From: Ascidiella aspersa
Lineage: Eukaryota
DNA length: 64,000 nucleotides
Direction of reading: 5' to 3'
Assembly: GCA_963924565.1 (NCBI GenBank)
Contig: OZ004615.1
Coordinates: 17,546,001-17,610,000, forward strand
Shown piece after piece: positions 1 to 14,700 of this stretch (within the stretch, counting starts at the first letter, position 1; each line of letters opens with the position of its first letter). Position numbers and translations under genes: made by a program. The notes under the pieces are model-generated. The model ran no database searches and was not told the origin of the DNA. It saw only the letters and a program-made list of their open reading frames with translations.

Positions 1-60
1 GCAGCTAAATTGCCGTTACGCTACAGGCGGCCAACCGCGTAGTCGGCCTTTTTTCTTGAC

Positions 61-152
61 TGACATCATCTAGCTGTGCTGCCATTGGCTGCTCGCGTTT
101 AATCTATTTATAGCCGTGTATAAAAGCGAGTTCGCCTTCGCTTCATTCATTC
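61..152 (+). promoter_or_regulatory. Core-promoter-like motif cluster (CRE/AP-1-like, CCAAT, MEF2, TATA, Inr)
   Basis: TGACATCA 61-68, ATTGG 84-88, CTATTTATAG 104-113, TATAAAAG 119-126, TCATTC 147-152 (A149 is 30 nt from the TATA start). Confidence 0.5.
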
Positions 153-3100
153 GGGACTAGGCATGATTTGCGTGCGGTCGAAGCTTAATGTAATCAACTG
201 TTTTAAGTTCGGCTTAAAATTGCTCTGTATGTTAGTACGCCGATTTCAATTTACCCGACACCGATTATACCAGCCAATCCAAATTCAATCCCGCTTGAAA
301 GTATCAACACAGTAGGCTATCTTTCCTTCCACTTACATTTTTTCTCATGGCCAATTTTTATGTTAAATTAAACGACATATATTTTCGCCTGCAGGATTGT
401 GTACAACACCACGTCTGATAGCGTCTTTAGGTCAAAACTACTACCTTGATTTATAAAATGGCCCATCAATCATTCATATAATTATAGCATGGCCTCGTGT
501 GTAAGTATAAACCTATAATGCTTAATGCAGCGCCTGGGGACACACAGTTAGCTCCGTTACGTTGTCCGTCCTTATGCTTTAACCAAATATCATACACTTT
601 TATATCCGCATGTTTGCACGAAATAGAATTGACAAGGGTCGTCCGAACGTAAAATTGGAGTTTATGTAAACCTGAAAATTTTATGAGCCTACGAAGATGC
701 CAAAATACTTCGTTGTTTGTTGGTCAATATTTGCTTTCGGAATATTGAAGTGCTGCTTACTTTAGTATCTTAAAAACCTTTATTTAATCATTTTGGTTCA
801 ATTCGCCGCAAACTACTCGACGAAAAAATGCAAAGAATGTTGTTGCGGCCCTGCAGTCTCTTACGGTATTACGTGACCGGCATCCGATAATTGTATGGCA
901 GATTCTCATATCACGCCGGCTCATTTTCAACGCACGTCTTGCTACAATGTGTAAGTAGCTCGCAGCCTTTTCTTCCATCCTGCAGTTTACAAGCCAAACA
1001 TGGTGAAGCTTGAGTAGTTTGTTTTCTAACGGCCGCAGCCTATAACGAAAAACAACATCCATTTACAACCCACGTCAACATGAATATGAAAACAAAACTA
1101 TGTACCGCTTAATGCAGGTTTTACAGATGTGGTTTCATTGGGCATTGAGTGTAAAACTAATCGTAACACACTGGTCGTACAAGTGACGCAGACTGCTTGA
1201 GTGCTGGTGGCATAAAAATTGAATGATTTCCTATATTGTGAATATAAATAGTGTCAAAGTGGGTTCCTGCCTCTCAAAAGAATGAGAATTTTATTCGGTC
1301 GATATCCAGACATTTGTGGCTGCTTAATCATTTATGGGACGACAGTAAATAGTTAAACCAACCTTAGTCGTACAACTTCTGTTTACCCTACCACTGACAA
1401 CCCACACTTGATGTTGTTCGTATGTTTGAGAAATGACGGTAAAGTGTACAATGAGTTTGCTAATTTTAGAAGGTTGAACGACTTTCTGTTAGTTTCCTCT
1501 TAGTCTAAAAAACCCACGCCTTTTAGCAATAAAAGTTGAACGAACGTTGAGTCATCTGAGCGCTGTTGTAATCCATTTGTTCCTATCGGTTATGTCAACA
1601 CGACGAAATGTCGCATTGCGTGTATATTCATCTGAGCAATTGCGAAACACTACTTCATGTAATATTTGATTTTGTCGTATTGAGATTGCGGAGGCCGGCA
1701 TTTCAGTTATGGAAATTGAATTTTAATCGTAGAATTTATCTTTTATTCTGGAAAAAAAAAATATTTTCAGACAAAGCAATATGCTGGCGGTAATAAGAAC
1801 CATATACTATTAATTCAATTAGATTTACACGTAACAGTATATATCTGATTTTCAGGTTTGGTCATACCCATTTGTTGTAAATGGTAATCTCAAAGTGACA
1901 ATAGTGTTTCGTTGACTGGATTTAAGTTATGCGTCCGTGCTTGCCAGTTTAGTCACGCTTTTTAAGGCTACATTCTACTCCAACGAATGTCATGTTTACA
2001 ATGTAGATGAACAGTGCGCCTGGGGGCATAAAATGTTTTTACAATATCGTGAAAGCCGCTGCGGAAGCGCAACGATCGAGCGCAAGCGGTAAAGATAAAA
2101 TTTCAACCATTTTTACAATGGCGCCCATGGTTGAGTTAATATACGGCAACATTTGTCAGGAATGCCACACGGCCTACGTTCTGACGCGGATCACTGCTTA
2201 CAAAGAGACCCAGCGTTAAAGAATGTGGCGTAAACAAAACAGTGCTTTAAGCGTAGTGGTAGAGAGTCTGACTACGTCCCAATGGCCGCATAAGTTGACT
2301 TGAGACTTTTAAGAGTCACGTACACCAATTGTACTTCATCTTCACCATGGATAGACCTTAGGTATAGAAGAAGGTTGGGTATTAGAAATGCTCTATATAG
2401 GACGTTTCTCAACCTACCCAAAACAGCGGCAATATACAAACTGTTGAAGTGTAAAAGCGAAACTAGTCTCATACGACTAAATAAAATTAGTTTAAAATAT
2501 ATAACTCCCACTCATTCTGACCCGTATTATCAGGGTAAAACACACCATGTATTCGTGCCAAAATAAAAACAATCACTTTAATGTCGCTTAAGTAACGTTT
2601 CACATTACAAGCAGCGGCAAAAATGTTTTTGTCGATAAAATTACATTATGGCACAAACATTTGTGAGACATCATACAATTTGTTGAACTACGCATTTACA
2701 TTAATTTTCTTTTAGGAAACTGAAACATATTTTGTAACGCAAAATATATAATAATATTTTTTCCTAAAAAACACAAAGCGTAGTATGTTTTCCTGAAAGA
2801 TTGGATATCTATATCAAATTAGTACTTCACCAACAGCATAAATGTAACGTCAGTTTTGAAACATAAAATGTACCGTAGTTATTTCGAAATCGTGGATGAT
2901 TCACAGTCACCAGTAGTATCAAGCAAGGAGAAAAAACAAAACTTTCCGAAGGTCTACTTCTACTTCATCATTAGTGCTTCATTGTATGATTAAACAGGGT
3001 TGAATGTTTATTGTCTGCGCGCGGTTTTCCCAGATAGCTGCATACTTTACTCAAACCCTGTGGAATGAATACAGTGACAAATTGGCACTAAGGAGAATGG

Positions 3101-4303
3101 GGCCGGCCAAGAGAACGCGTGACGTAATACAAGCACTCATTTGCGTCTACTCATAAATCAAGTGGTGCGCTTGATGACAGAAATCTTTCCTAGCCGTCAA
3201 AAGCCCGGACATTGCAATTAGCGATACGGACAAATATGGCGGGGGTTTTAGTAAGTGCTCAGCATCAATTAAATTTATAGCCAATAATGGCTTTACTTAA
3301 CAAGCTATGGCCGAGTGCTGCATTAACTGTAGTGTAGGTATACTATGCTATAAGGATGTGTTTAATTTTTTGCCAAACACCCTAGCACTCTAGCAGCAGC
3401 AAAGCCACACCTGTTCTAAAGCGTTAAGTTTGATCTATAAAACGGAAAGCATTTATTATTGCCATTGTCTTATTTTAGGAGTGGGCAGCCCGCAGTGGTT
3501 GACTCTATTAGCCTATGGAAATAGCCTTCCCGAAAAAAAAAAAACAATTATTAAAATCATTATGCTATACGGTTTATCTATAGCTGCCTCTCTAATGTTT
3601 ACGTTATTGTTACGACCTATTCGAATAATCATAATGGTGACTGACAGCAACAACTGTCACATACAGCGATGACCAATTCCTAAAACCTTGTTACATTCTA
3701 TTTTAAGGGTCACGGCTGACTTTAACGCATTTTTGTTCATATTAGTCTTGAACTTAATATTGCAATATTTGTACGTGTTAGTAATTTTTCTATCTATAAG
3801 AAAATTCTTTATTTTAATGTTGTTTCTTGACGGAGTTCATTTGAATTACGCTGAGTGGTTCTCAAAACACTTATATACCAGGGTTCTCGACACAAAATTG
3901 GTTTTCCAGTCAGGGATTTTGTGGGATTGCGTAAAATAACAGTATGGCGTATCATCGCATATTGAGAGTCTGCTTTAGCGTTAAAAGCACGATTACCAAT
4001 CCTAGCTACATTTTGAAGGTGGCAGTTTTTTAATTTGCGATTTTATCACTCAATTACTTCTCACCTTGATTAACTTTAAAGATAATACAATTAACTCGTA
4101 ATAATATTCATAGATAAAATAGGTATTCCTTGGATTACATTAAAAAAACTATGTTTTTTTTACGAACTGTCACCTATTAGTACTTCTAGCAGCCTAGAAA
4201 GAACTCTTTTTACCAGTAGGGTTAACCGAGTTTGCGTTGTCTTTTCTTCATTTTACTCCTGTCATAAACATTAATCGAAACTCGAAAGCAACAAGAGTTT
4301 AAA

Positions 4304-4309
4304 TTTATT
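4304..4309 (-). terminator. Candidate AATAAA polyadenylation signal of LRRFIP (~1.5-kb 3' UTR)
   Basis: tttatt on the plus strand, downstream of the stop at 5800. Usage not verifiable. Confidence 0.3.
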
Positions 4310-5799
4310 TGGCATTTTAACAAAACGGGAAATATAGCCCGATATACAGGAAAGGGACAAACAAACTAGTTGGGCTAGCGCAAAATCATTTCCATTACAC
4401 AGGAAACCGAACAACACATTGTAGGGTTCATTGCAAAATCAGCGTTTTCTATACGTATAACTAAATACGCCCTTAGCAGTCCTTATTTTACCAATAAGCC
4501 ACGATCCTGCGCAACTAAGATTGCTAGTCATAAGAATAATACACCACGTCTCAGGATAATCGAGACAAATTGGTTCGTGAGCGCCGCAGGTGGTCAGCGT
4601 GAGCGAAACGCTACGGCCTACAGGTGGCGCTGGTGATTTGCTTTGCGTGGAACGATTAGAGCTGGCCAGAGCACGCGCCATGGTGCAAAAAAAAAATGTG
4701 CGAAATCACAAAAAAGAGCTAATACGCAAAAGAGAGCAATGCGAACGTAAATGAACAACTTAGAACGAAACACAAACAAACTGGGATTACGTTCCCCAAC
4801 TAAGGACGAGATTCGACTGAAGTAATTTTAAAAAGGAATTTACACCAGCGTGAATGACACACATCAGTCTAAATGGCTGTAAGTCCAATTTTAGCGATAT
4901 TATTCGTAACGTTGTCCGAATGGTAGCTATATAGAGATGATACGACCCAAGACGCTTTAAGCGAATTTGAAGTTAAGGCCCAAGTTCACAATGCTAACAC
5001 CTCCACTTGAAAGAAGCTGCAACATCGCTGGAGGTAAGATGAAAAACAGTAACAGCATGCAGTATATAACCGAATCCCAAAACTCGAATTTCGGGGCCAT
5101 AACTTCATCGAAGGATGAAATACTTACTGGTACATTTCAAAGTAGCTCATCTACTTTTGTTGACTTCAAAGGGTTCTGTATGCGAAAGTATAGTTTTTTA
5201 CTTTGCCTTCAACAAAGACGTTACTTAATAAAGTTAGCCAACTCTGTCTTGTCAATACCAATAAACTGCCACAACATTAGATTTTAGATCATCATATAAC
5301 TAATTTCGTGTCGATAGACCATTATAAACAGCTTAAACAATTGAACAAATATTTTTTATGTGTTTACAATTGATAATTGCAAATGATTATTATTGACGTT
5401 ATAGCGTATAGAGGTGACTCAAATTCATACCTTACAACTGATTGCCTTGCGTTAATTTATAAAAACAACAACAATTAAACAAGGGGTTAAATCAAACATA
5501 AACGTTGCAACAGCAAAACAAAAATAAGGAAAATTAACACCAGGCATTAGAAATCTTTGGGTGCTCCAAATCACGGTGTAAAGTAATGGTATGGGTTTCC
5601 ATTACGCTTTTTTTACGTTTCCCCGAACAACCGCGCGGCGCTAATCGGTCGCATATCAGACTTTTTTTTGACTGACAATGAGTGTCCATTAGATGAAGAA
5701 CAAACACCGTGTTTTTTTTCTTTTGGAAAGCCGACATTCTTTTCGTGGATTGTCGCTGCCCGGCAGCGCGTTGCGCGAGTGCGTGCTGATTGTTTCGTA

Positions 5800-8700
5800 T
5801 CAAGACTGGCTACTGATGGCGGTCCTGGACGCGCGGATTCTTTCCAGCCGCTTCTCGAGGTGGCTGTTGGTCATTTCCATTTCCTCGATTCGATCCAGCG
5901 CCGTTCGAAGCTAGATTAAACAATGGTTTCGGGTCGATTGGTTAGCGCGCTTTACATTCAAATGCAGCCATGTGGCTTTTGTCATGTTTTATGCTGTTCA
6001 AAGGACGATAAGGGGATTTTTTGCCATTGTACGACACACGGTGGCTTAATTGACGTCGCACTGCAGAACAAAAAGGATGCTATTTGAGGTTTGAAAAACT
6101 GTAAGCCTATAGTAGACCTATATGTTGTAAGGTATTAATAAACAACATTTATACCCCCCGATAAACACGACACGGTTATAGAAAAAAATAAACACCTTAC
6201 GTAATAAATATTCTTAAAATAAATGAAATTGCTAGCTTAAAAAAATCTACTTTTGTAGAATGAACTTTAGTGAACGATGAAATGAATAAAACGCCTGAAG
6301 TTTTTGCAAACGTACGATGTCATCCCAATCATGAAAATATCATTCAGTTTTTAGACGTCTGCACGCAAAGCGTCACCGCTCATTGTTCACACGTCCAATA
6401 TTTGAGACCATATTGACGTACAAAAGACAGAAAAAGGACGCCGTGGTGCATAAACAGGGTATTTTGCCACTTACGTCGCGCATTAGTTTTCGCTTCTCGG
6501 CGCGCATTTCGTCTTCGTTCTTTTCGTAGAACTCGGAGGTTTGCTTGAAGCGCTGTAGCTGGCTCTCGAGACGGGTGATCTGCGAAAAAACAAGTGCAAT
6601 GACTTGTCGCTGCCTAATAATAGCGATCCGTTATAAACGGATCAAGCATATTACGTCATTCCGACCGTTGGGGCAGGAGCCGTACTTTAATTAAACCGCC
6701 AGCTTACACATGCCTCTGACACCTAAAAAGGGCATCGTGGTTTGACGCTGAAACAGCAAATTGCTCTTACATTGCCGTGGTAGGCGGCGAGGTCTTGTTC
6801 CGATTTCTGGAGCTTCAGCTTGTACTCGTTGACTTGTCGATTCGCTTCCCCTATAACAACAAAGAAAGTTAGCAGACGACTTGGTTTAAATTCAAAGCGA
6901 TGATGCTGAGTCAAAAGTAAATAGAACGAAATCCAAACTTTTGCGAATTTTAGTTTGATCTTAATTGTCGAACTTATCTTTCAGTTAAAGGAAACCCCAA
7001 TTATGCATCGTTCAGCAAATATTGGGCCTTTGGTAAAATTCGTTCAGCGCATACTTTGTAAAATACCGTTGGTAAATTGTGGTTTTTAGTTCCATACAAC
7101 GTGCATGGTTGATTGTCCATATCGGAGTGATAACAGTGAGACGCAGCAAGCACAAAAAGCATTTTCTATTTACATAACACTGCTGTTAGCCAGCCTTGAA
7201 CGAGATAAACGGTCATAAAGCGACTTACGAAAACCTACAACCCATAAGGTTAAAGTTTAAATCGTGACACGTAACCTTTTGACTTGAAACTTGAGATCAT
7301 GAAATCACAGTACAAATGGACAGCGAAAATACATTTCGGTTACCCATTCAAGCTGCAGTCTGGCCGCATTTATCAGACGGCGTTTTCCTACTAAAAATAT
7401 TAGGGCGAAACTATAAATAGTTCTTGCGGTTTTTGCGAAGACAGATAGGAGTACAGAATAACAGTGGCCGACTCGTACAGAACGCCATTGTACAAATATA
7501 TTTTTTTAAGTTTCTCCCTTTTATCAGGTTCGAGTTGGAGGAATGTACAGTAGGTTTAACAGGGAAATAGCAGTTTAAAATTCGCTACTAAGTTCGAAAC
7601 AATTGATGTATTAAAAAAGTTTTTTTAAATAAATTACTTTGATTCAAAATTGTAATCGTCATCGTGAATGTTACAGACATGTGCATGTGATACCTATTGC
7701 CATTATAGCTTGTTCGCCTTGTTCGATGTACGCGCCCAGCATGTTGTTTACCAGTTGGCGCTTTATTGCCTCACAATATAACCTGTGAATAAGGCACGAA
7801 TCCTGCTGTGGCGTTGTTGCCAGAAACCACCAAACATTGAAGGGACTATTGTGGCGAGCTTTCTCTAGTTAAGACTGGTGGCGGTATGTTTTAACTCTTT
7901 TTACAAGTTGTTGGTCAGGGCCTTTTTAACTAAACCATAATAAACCGTATAATATATGTAAAATTGTGCAGTTAACCAACTTTTAGGCCAGAATAAGGAC
8001 CATTTAAAGAAATTTAACAACGACAAATACTTCAGTGACTTGATCGCATGCCTACAACAACGACGACGTATGTCGCCTTATGAAAAGCAAATTTGTCTGC
8101 TCGTAAACTTTAATTAAAAGTTATTGAATACCCAAAAGAAGAAACTTTATCGCAATTTATAAACATTGCTGTTGTGTCAAAAAAAATATATATAATTTAC
8201 CCAAGACTTTATGAAAATAGGAATCGCCTAGCTAATTCACCTTGATTTGGAATCAGGAAGGTGGCGTTTTTTATGATTAGTGTAAAAGGATTTACGAACC
8301 AACGCTCTCTGTAGTTTCAACCCCCGTACGACGACAAAAGTAATTGACTCGGCAAAACTCACAATTCGGCGGCGGATAGGTTATTCAAGCGACCTTTCAG
8401 TGCAATTATGAGTAATAGAACTTATGTATAGCGAGTTTCCTTAAGTAGTCCACCCTGGGCTAGCGTTCGTCACATTAGGCGTGACACTGCTTCAGACGAC
8501 TTACGCTGAACTTCCAAAAGTTGCATTTCGGTCAGGCCGTTTTCGGTGACGTCAGACTCGTAGTGGTTGTTATGTCGGTTGTTGCGTTCTTCTGCAATCT
8601 CGTCGCTCAACCGGCGAACCTAGTGAGAGAATGGGTCGAACAAATTTCAGTAACTGGTCAAATTAATCAAGGATTGTTTTTTGTTAAGGCTTAACAGAGA

Positions 8701-11700
8701 ATATTTCATATGCTTCTGTTTTGGATTCGCTTCCAATGCTAATTTTTCGAGCCTGTCAGAGCTGATTTGCAAAACTAGAATGTAGCCATGTTGAAAATAA
8801 ATAAAGAGATATTCGAAACGTTTTGTATGGACTTTGATATTCTTACTACGTTTAAGCTGCAGCACGTATTTAGTTGGGTGTTTTGATGGTTAGAAATGTG
8901 ACATATAAAACAGGGTTTTATTCAATTCTACTTTTATCAGACATTCGTATGCAAACTATTATGTCATTCTTGCATTGTTTTTGTTATTAATCCACTGTTT
9001 AAGAAATTATTTCTAAGAAAAAACTCCCGTTCTTTCAGCGGTACCGACAATAAAGGGTTTAAGAACACAGCTGTGGAAGGTAATGACAAGGTCGTAAAAC
9101 TGTATAAGAAAACAGTGGCATGTGTCCTAAATAGCAGCTACAAGACGCGGCGCCCATAAACTGCTAGCAAACAAAGCTTGGCCCACAAACCCAGCAAAGT
9201 TAAGGGGCGAATAATGACAACTGGTTAATTAGCTCCGAATTTAAAATTTGGATTGGATGTTGAATCAATCGTTGATGCTTTACCGACAAACGTACCTGAT
9301 CTTCCAAATCGCGCTTTTCTTCAACAAGGTGCCTTAGTCGAACATCTGAAAACGAAACAGACTTTACATTATTGAGGTCCTATGAGTAGAACGAAGAAGT
9401 GTTTATCTTATTCTTAACCCCACAATTCGTACACTAAAGAAACTAAACGCTGCTACTTGAACGCTGCTAAACTACTAAAATGAGAAATATTCGATAAAAT
9501 CGACATAAATTAAGTTAGCGAACAATATGTTGATTTTATTAAATACTATTCTGTATATTATAATTCTTTTATTGAAGCAGCTACGAGAAAAGCCGTGTGT
9601 ATTGTTCCAAAAACGCTGCTAAGTTGGATATAATGCCTACAGTCGTAATTTTTTTTTTTAAATAGCTTAAACTTATCAAACGCAAAAAAACGAATTAGTT
9701 TGAGTGACAATCCACGCCCTGTGTGGTACCAGTGTTACCGGAAATATAGTTGAGAATCAAGTCCACCAGGCAGTAATTTTACATTAACTTAAAGCGCATT
9801 TAGCATACGACTCACCAAGTGGTCCCTCTCCAGCTTCTTCCAGCAATTTGGCGACTTCGGGCGAAACAAGTGCAACGGGGTCGGAGTTGTACGAAGAACC
9901 CCCGTCATCGCCGATTAGGACTAAACCTTGCTCCTGAACGAACGGGTTAAAAAACGCTGTTAGCATATGGAGCTTTTGTTGTATCATCGAGGTTCGTAAA
10001 ATTTAGCGGAAGACCAAGCTTACAGACTGGAACTAGTTTGTGCAGAGGAAGGGAGTTGAATCAAAGATTACACTGCATAAATCACTCTGAAAATTACTAG
10101 CTGGCTTTTGTTGAAAATAAGGAACCCTAAAAATGTATGTGTCTGAGAAAGTAGGGGCAAAGAAAACAAGACAAAGAATTGTAAGAAAGACATCAAAAAG
10201 AAAGAAATCTTACTTTTTTCTTATCATTTTGATTGTTCTGCGTCTTTTGTTTCTTGGTGTTGTTTAAAAGTCTGTTTAAGGCCTACACCGGAAGAAATAG
10301 AAAAAAGTGAACAGAAGAAGATTTTTCAGATTATTACAGTTAATATCAAGAAAAGAGATATAATGAAATAGAAACAGAAAGTTAACTTTGAAGATAGCAT
10401 TTTCAAGTGAAACAATAAGAAAATAAAGAATCGTAAGAAATGGGTACCTCGATTTTCTTATCTTTCCATTTTAGCGTCTCTTTTAAATCCGTAAAATCAT
10501 TTGCTAATGAATGGTTTTCTTTCTGGAATTTTTCCAGATCCTAAAATTGAATCTCTGATAAATTTGTTTATAAAAAGAAGTTAGAAAAGTCGTTACACCA
10601 AGATAGTAAGAAGTATCTGGAAGATAGATTTATATACTGTATCTGCTTAGTCACTGCATCAAACCCTTAAAATCAACAAACCGAATATTAACAAAAAAGT
10701 TAAACTGACACAGAATGACTCAAGAAATCACAATATGAATAACAAAATTTGAGAGAAAGCTCTGCATGACCAAACTACTAAAGACAGTGTTCTAATCTGT
10801 TGGTTATGACCAGGGCTGTGGAGTCGGTTTAAAATAACCCGAGTCCGACTCCGATCAAATATGCGATTTTGCAGCCTGTATTTCACCGAGTTACGTAACT
10901 AAAATAACGTGGACATTCAGCAATCCACTTATAGGGTTGTCGTATAATTCATTCACTCACAATACATGGTTGGAAAATATTCCGCCATATAATATTCCAC
11001 CTTTATAATTTCCATTTGGCGACCATATCAGTTTTAAAATTCGGTACTGCGCATGCGCATGTCGGATTAGGGACTCGGGTAGTTTTACAAGGTCTTACTC
11101 GAGTCCCGAGTCCGACTCCGCAGCCCTGGTTATGACAAATGCTTTATTCTTAATATTTAATGTTGTTACTCTAGGTAAATTTTATTTAAAATATATTCTC
11201 GACGAACAGTAAAACAAAATAGAAACTACAAAACACCTTTAAACATAGAACAAAAACTTTAGCAGCAAAAAGCCACATGAACAAATGCTTACTGCTTAAA
11301 AAAGTAGTTTACCTGTATAAGTTCATCTCTCTGACGTAATGATTCTTGAAGGTCTCCAATCTTTTTTTGTAAGCCGTAGTTGATTTGTTTCTGATGTTCA
11401 ACCTCCTGGAAAACCAAATACATATTAAATATCAAAGGAAAATTGGCTTTTGGAAGATATACATGTGTTGTCAAAAAAACGTGGGACAGATTTTGGTACT
11501 TCACAAACATACACATTCTAGTCCGATTGGTGCAAAATAAATACATAAAGGTCAACTGGCATACAATACATGAAGTGAATTTTATGATTTAACTAAACCA
11601 ATAAAAAGCACTTACGGCACACAGTGACAGTATTCAACCTGAGAATGGTTAACTTTTAACTCTGAACAAATGACTTTGTCACATAGGTTTGGAAAGACTA

Positions 11701-14700
11701 AATAAAAAAGACTAAGCTCAGTAAAGTAGCTATCCTAGTTACAAAGCACAGATACATTTATTTTAATCAAAGTCAGATCCGAATAGTCTTAAAAACTAAT
11801 GGCAATGAATTCCTTAAGTTTTCCCACTTACTTATAATAGTGGAAATAAAACAGAAATAGTAAAAATAAAGGGAAAAAGTCAGAAAGCTACAATTTGTTT
11901 TATCAAATAATATACATGAACAACACTTACTACTCCTTTCGACAAACAACTTTGTGAAATCACTAAATCTTTACCTGACATGATTTCTTGTGCTCTTTCT
12001 TGACTCTGTACAACTCTTCTTCTTGTTCCTCTAAAAGGTCTTGCAGCTGCTGTGATTGGTAGGAAAGTTGGGTTCGTTCGTTGTCCAACTGAGCGATTTG
12101 GAGCATTGCACGACGATACTTGTCTTCTATCTCGCTAAGTGCACCCTGCGTACATGAAATAAATTACAAAAATCAGGGCAAAAAAACAACAAAGCTTTTT
12201 AGACCGGAACTAGTCTTAGTTTTGTATTTGGGCTGATATAATTGAAAAGTTCAGTTGTGCTCTGTAAGTAAAATGAATAGCAAACAATTACCAAATAGGG
12301 CACATTTTCCCATTGGTCAGCTAGTGACTTGCAATATTTCAATGTATTTAAAGCTACATTTAAGCATTTTTAAGTGCCATCTGATTTATTTAACAGCTTG
12401 AATTAATCATTTTAATATAAATTCAAAACTGTCCTTTTGGATGACACTAATTTGTTTAATAAATGCTCTAATATGTGGTGACACATAGCCAGGGTATATT
12501 CAGGCGAAAAACATGACATTACAACAATTGCACTTTTGAAAAATAGAAATTTCAATGACGTAGGAACAAAGTCATAACACAACTCAGGCAAGTAGTAGGT
12601 AACTCGTACTGGTGTAAAATAGACTTAACATGGTATCACAGACTCACAGCAATTTGGTCATCTAGGCTTTACCTTAAGTTCATTAACAGAAAGTGACGAC
12701 TTGTCTGCATCTCCTCCATCAGTAAAAACTTCATTTTTACTTGTTCCAGGTGTGTATGATTGGCTTCCATAGGAGCCACTACTTGCCACACTGGTGGCCT
12801 GAAAATGTAAATAAATAAGCAACATGTATTTATTTGATATATCACAGGGCTAAATCAAAGTGATGCATGCTCGCCAGGACTATTCACAAACATGTTTTCG
12901 TGATACAACATATAGGAATACTATACAGGTGCTCAATAGATATTAAAAAAGATTTATCATGACATAAAGGGTTGAAAAACAGAGTGCTGTTAGGTTGTCT
13001 CCATTCTGTTCAAAGCTTGGGGTATTCAAATAAATGCTTGAAGTCTAGAATGTTTCATAGGTTTACTTTTCTAAGCTTGTCAGAGTTTTTAAATAAATTT
13101 AATAAATTAATCATGTTGTGATTGTTGCCTGTTACTTGGGTGGCTATGGATGGAACATTTGCCTTACTGTAACATTCCAAGCAATGGTTTCCATATAAAA
13201 TTGAATATCAACATAGTGGCTTTGTTCTGAAATGAACCTCTATAGTAAGTGGTGACTTGAACAGGAAGTAATTAATCATACAAGCTTCTAAGGTGCCCTT
13301 AATTAACATAAATTAGAAACAACAGTGTTCTTGTAAGGAAAACACAATTTAAAAAGTAATTTTACACAAAATCCAAACTTTCACGGGATTTAAAACTAAA
13401 CACTATAATTTGGCATGTTGGAACAAATAGGTTTTTTGTTTTAAAATGAAAAAACAAACAGTGTCATGTAAACAGCAATGTTAAATGAGTGACACCGATC
13501 TATGAAAAATCAGTTACTTTGATGACAAAACTTAGGATTAAAAGGCAGTTTCCACAATCTAAAATGTTACCATATGGTGTTTAAGATAAACATTGGTCAT
13601 ATAGATAGAATGATATTCAGCCTTAACAATATGCAGCCAAAACAGGATGTATATTAAAAGAGGCAGGCGTTGAAATCATTTAATGGTTAATTGTATACCA
13701 GCACCATTCTAATTCAAGAAAAGGCTCAAAAGCCTTATACAATTGTCAATTGTCATATTGCTAGGCAATTTTTTTTTATGCCAAAGTACCCAATATATTC
13801 ACTTTCAATACACGGATTTTTACTTTATAACAATCTTGTAAATGGAACTAATTTGGCACAGTTCAACAAATTTATGTTATTCCTCAAATAGGCCTTTATT
13901 CCTTTTCTTTAAAATCATCTAAATTAGAGGTCATTAAACTACAGCTTGCAGAGTTACTTTTTCCAGCATGTAGCCTTAATCAAGCTTAAATACGGTTATA
14001 TATATTTTGCTATGCTAAGAGATTTTTTCATTAAAGAAGGGCCTAAAACTTTTTAATGCCGACCCTTAAAATAACTTTTGGTTTGCGTGGACCAGGGTCA
14101 AGATGAACTTACAGCGTAAATTACTGTCAAAAACAAGTAGGATTAAAAAAGCTGCGGTTTCCAACCCAAAAATGTAAAACTGAGACCATGTCTCAATATA
14201 TTCAGTGTTAAAGCATTTTTTTAATCTATCTAATTTATTTTCTACTTTTCAAATAATACACTTTCAATTAGGCCTTCTTGGACCCCCAAAACTAGGACAT
14301 GTGCCATCAGAGGGTGCATGGAACCCAGTTTAAGAACCCTGTCTTTAAAACCTAATTTTACTAACAAAAATTCAAATTCTGATATACTTTTACATTCCAA
14401 ATGCTTTTTGAATTAGCATCCTTTTCTCTGAGGGTGAAGACTTGATTTCCTTTTGTAGCCAGGTTGTTTGTTCTGTCCTGCTGTCGCTGCGATATCTCTT
14501 TTAATATCTGACTGTCTTTCTCAGTAAGGGGATCATTTTCAGCAGCACTGTGAGCAGCATTGTTGCTGTTTTCATTCCCATTATTATCGAGTTTAGTATC
14601 AATGCTATTTTCAAGCTGGGTTGGATCACCCATTGAAAGTGCATCAGCATTGGTTTCTATTGTGTTTTCCAAAACTAGATTTTCATCTACAATGGCTGCA

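Noticed and set aside
2368-2425. Imperfect hairpin (possible pre-miRNA)
   Set aside because: Large asymmetric bulge, short stem and no match to a miRNA I recognise.
8240-8308. Exon-like AG..GT segment in an LRRFIP intron
   Set aside because: The required phase-1 reading hits an early stop, and homology is continuous without it.
14377-14398. Minus-strand TGGAATGTAAAAGTATAT resembles mature miR-1
   Set aside because: No complementary arm forming a pre-miRNA hairpin, a 2-nt deletion relative to miR-1, and it lies at the coding end and donor of the giant ORF.
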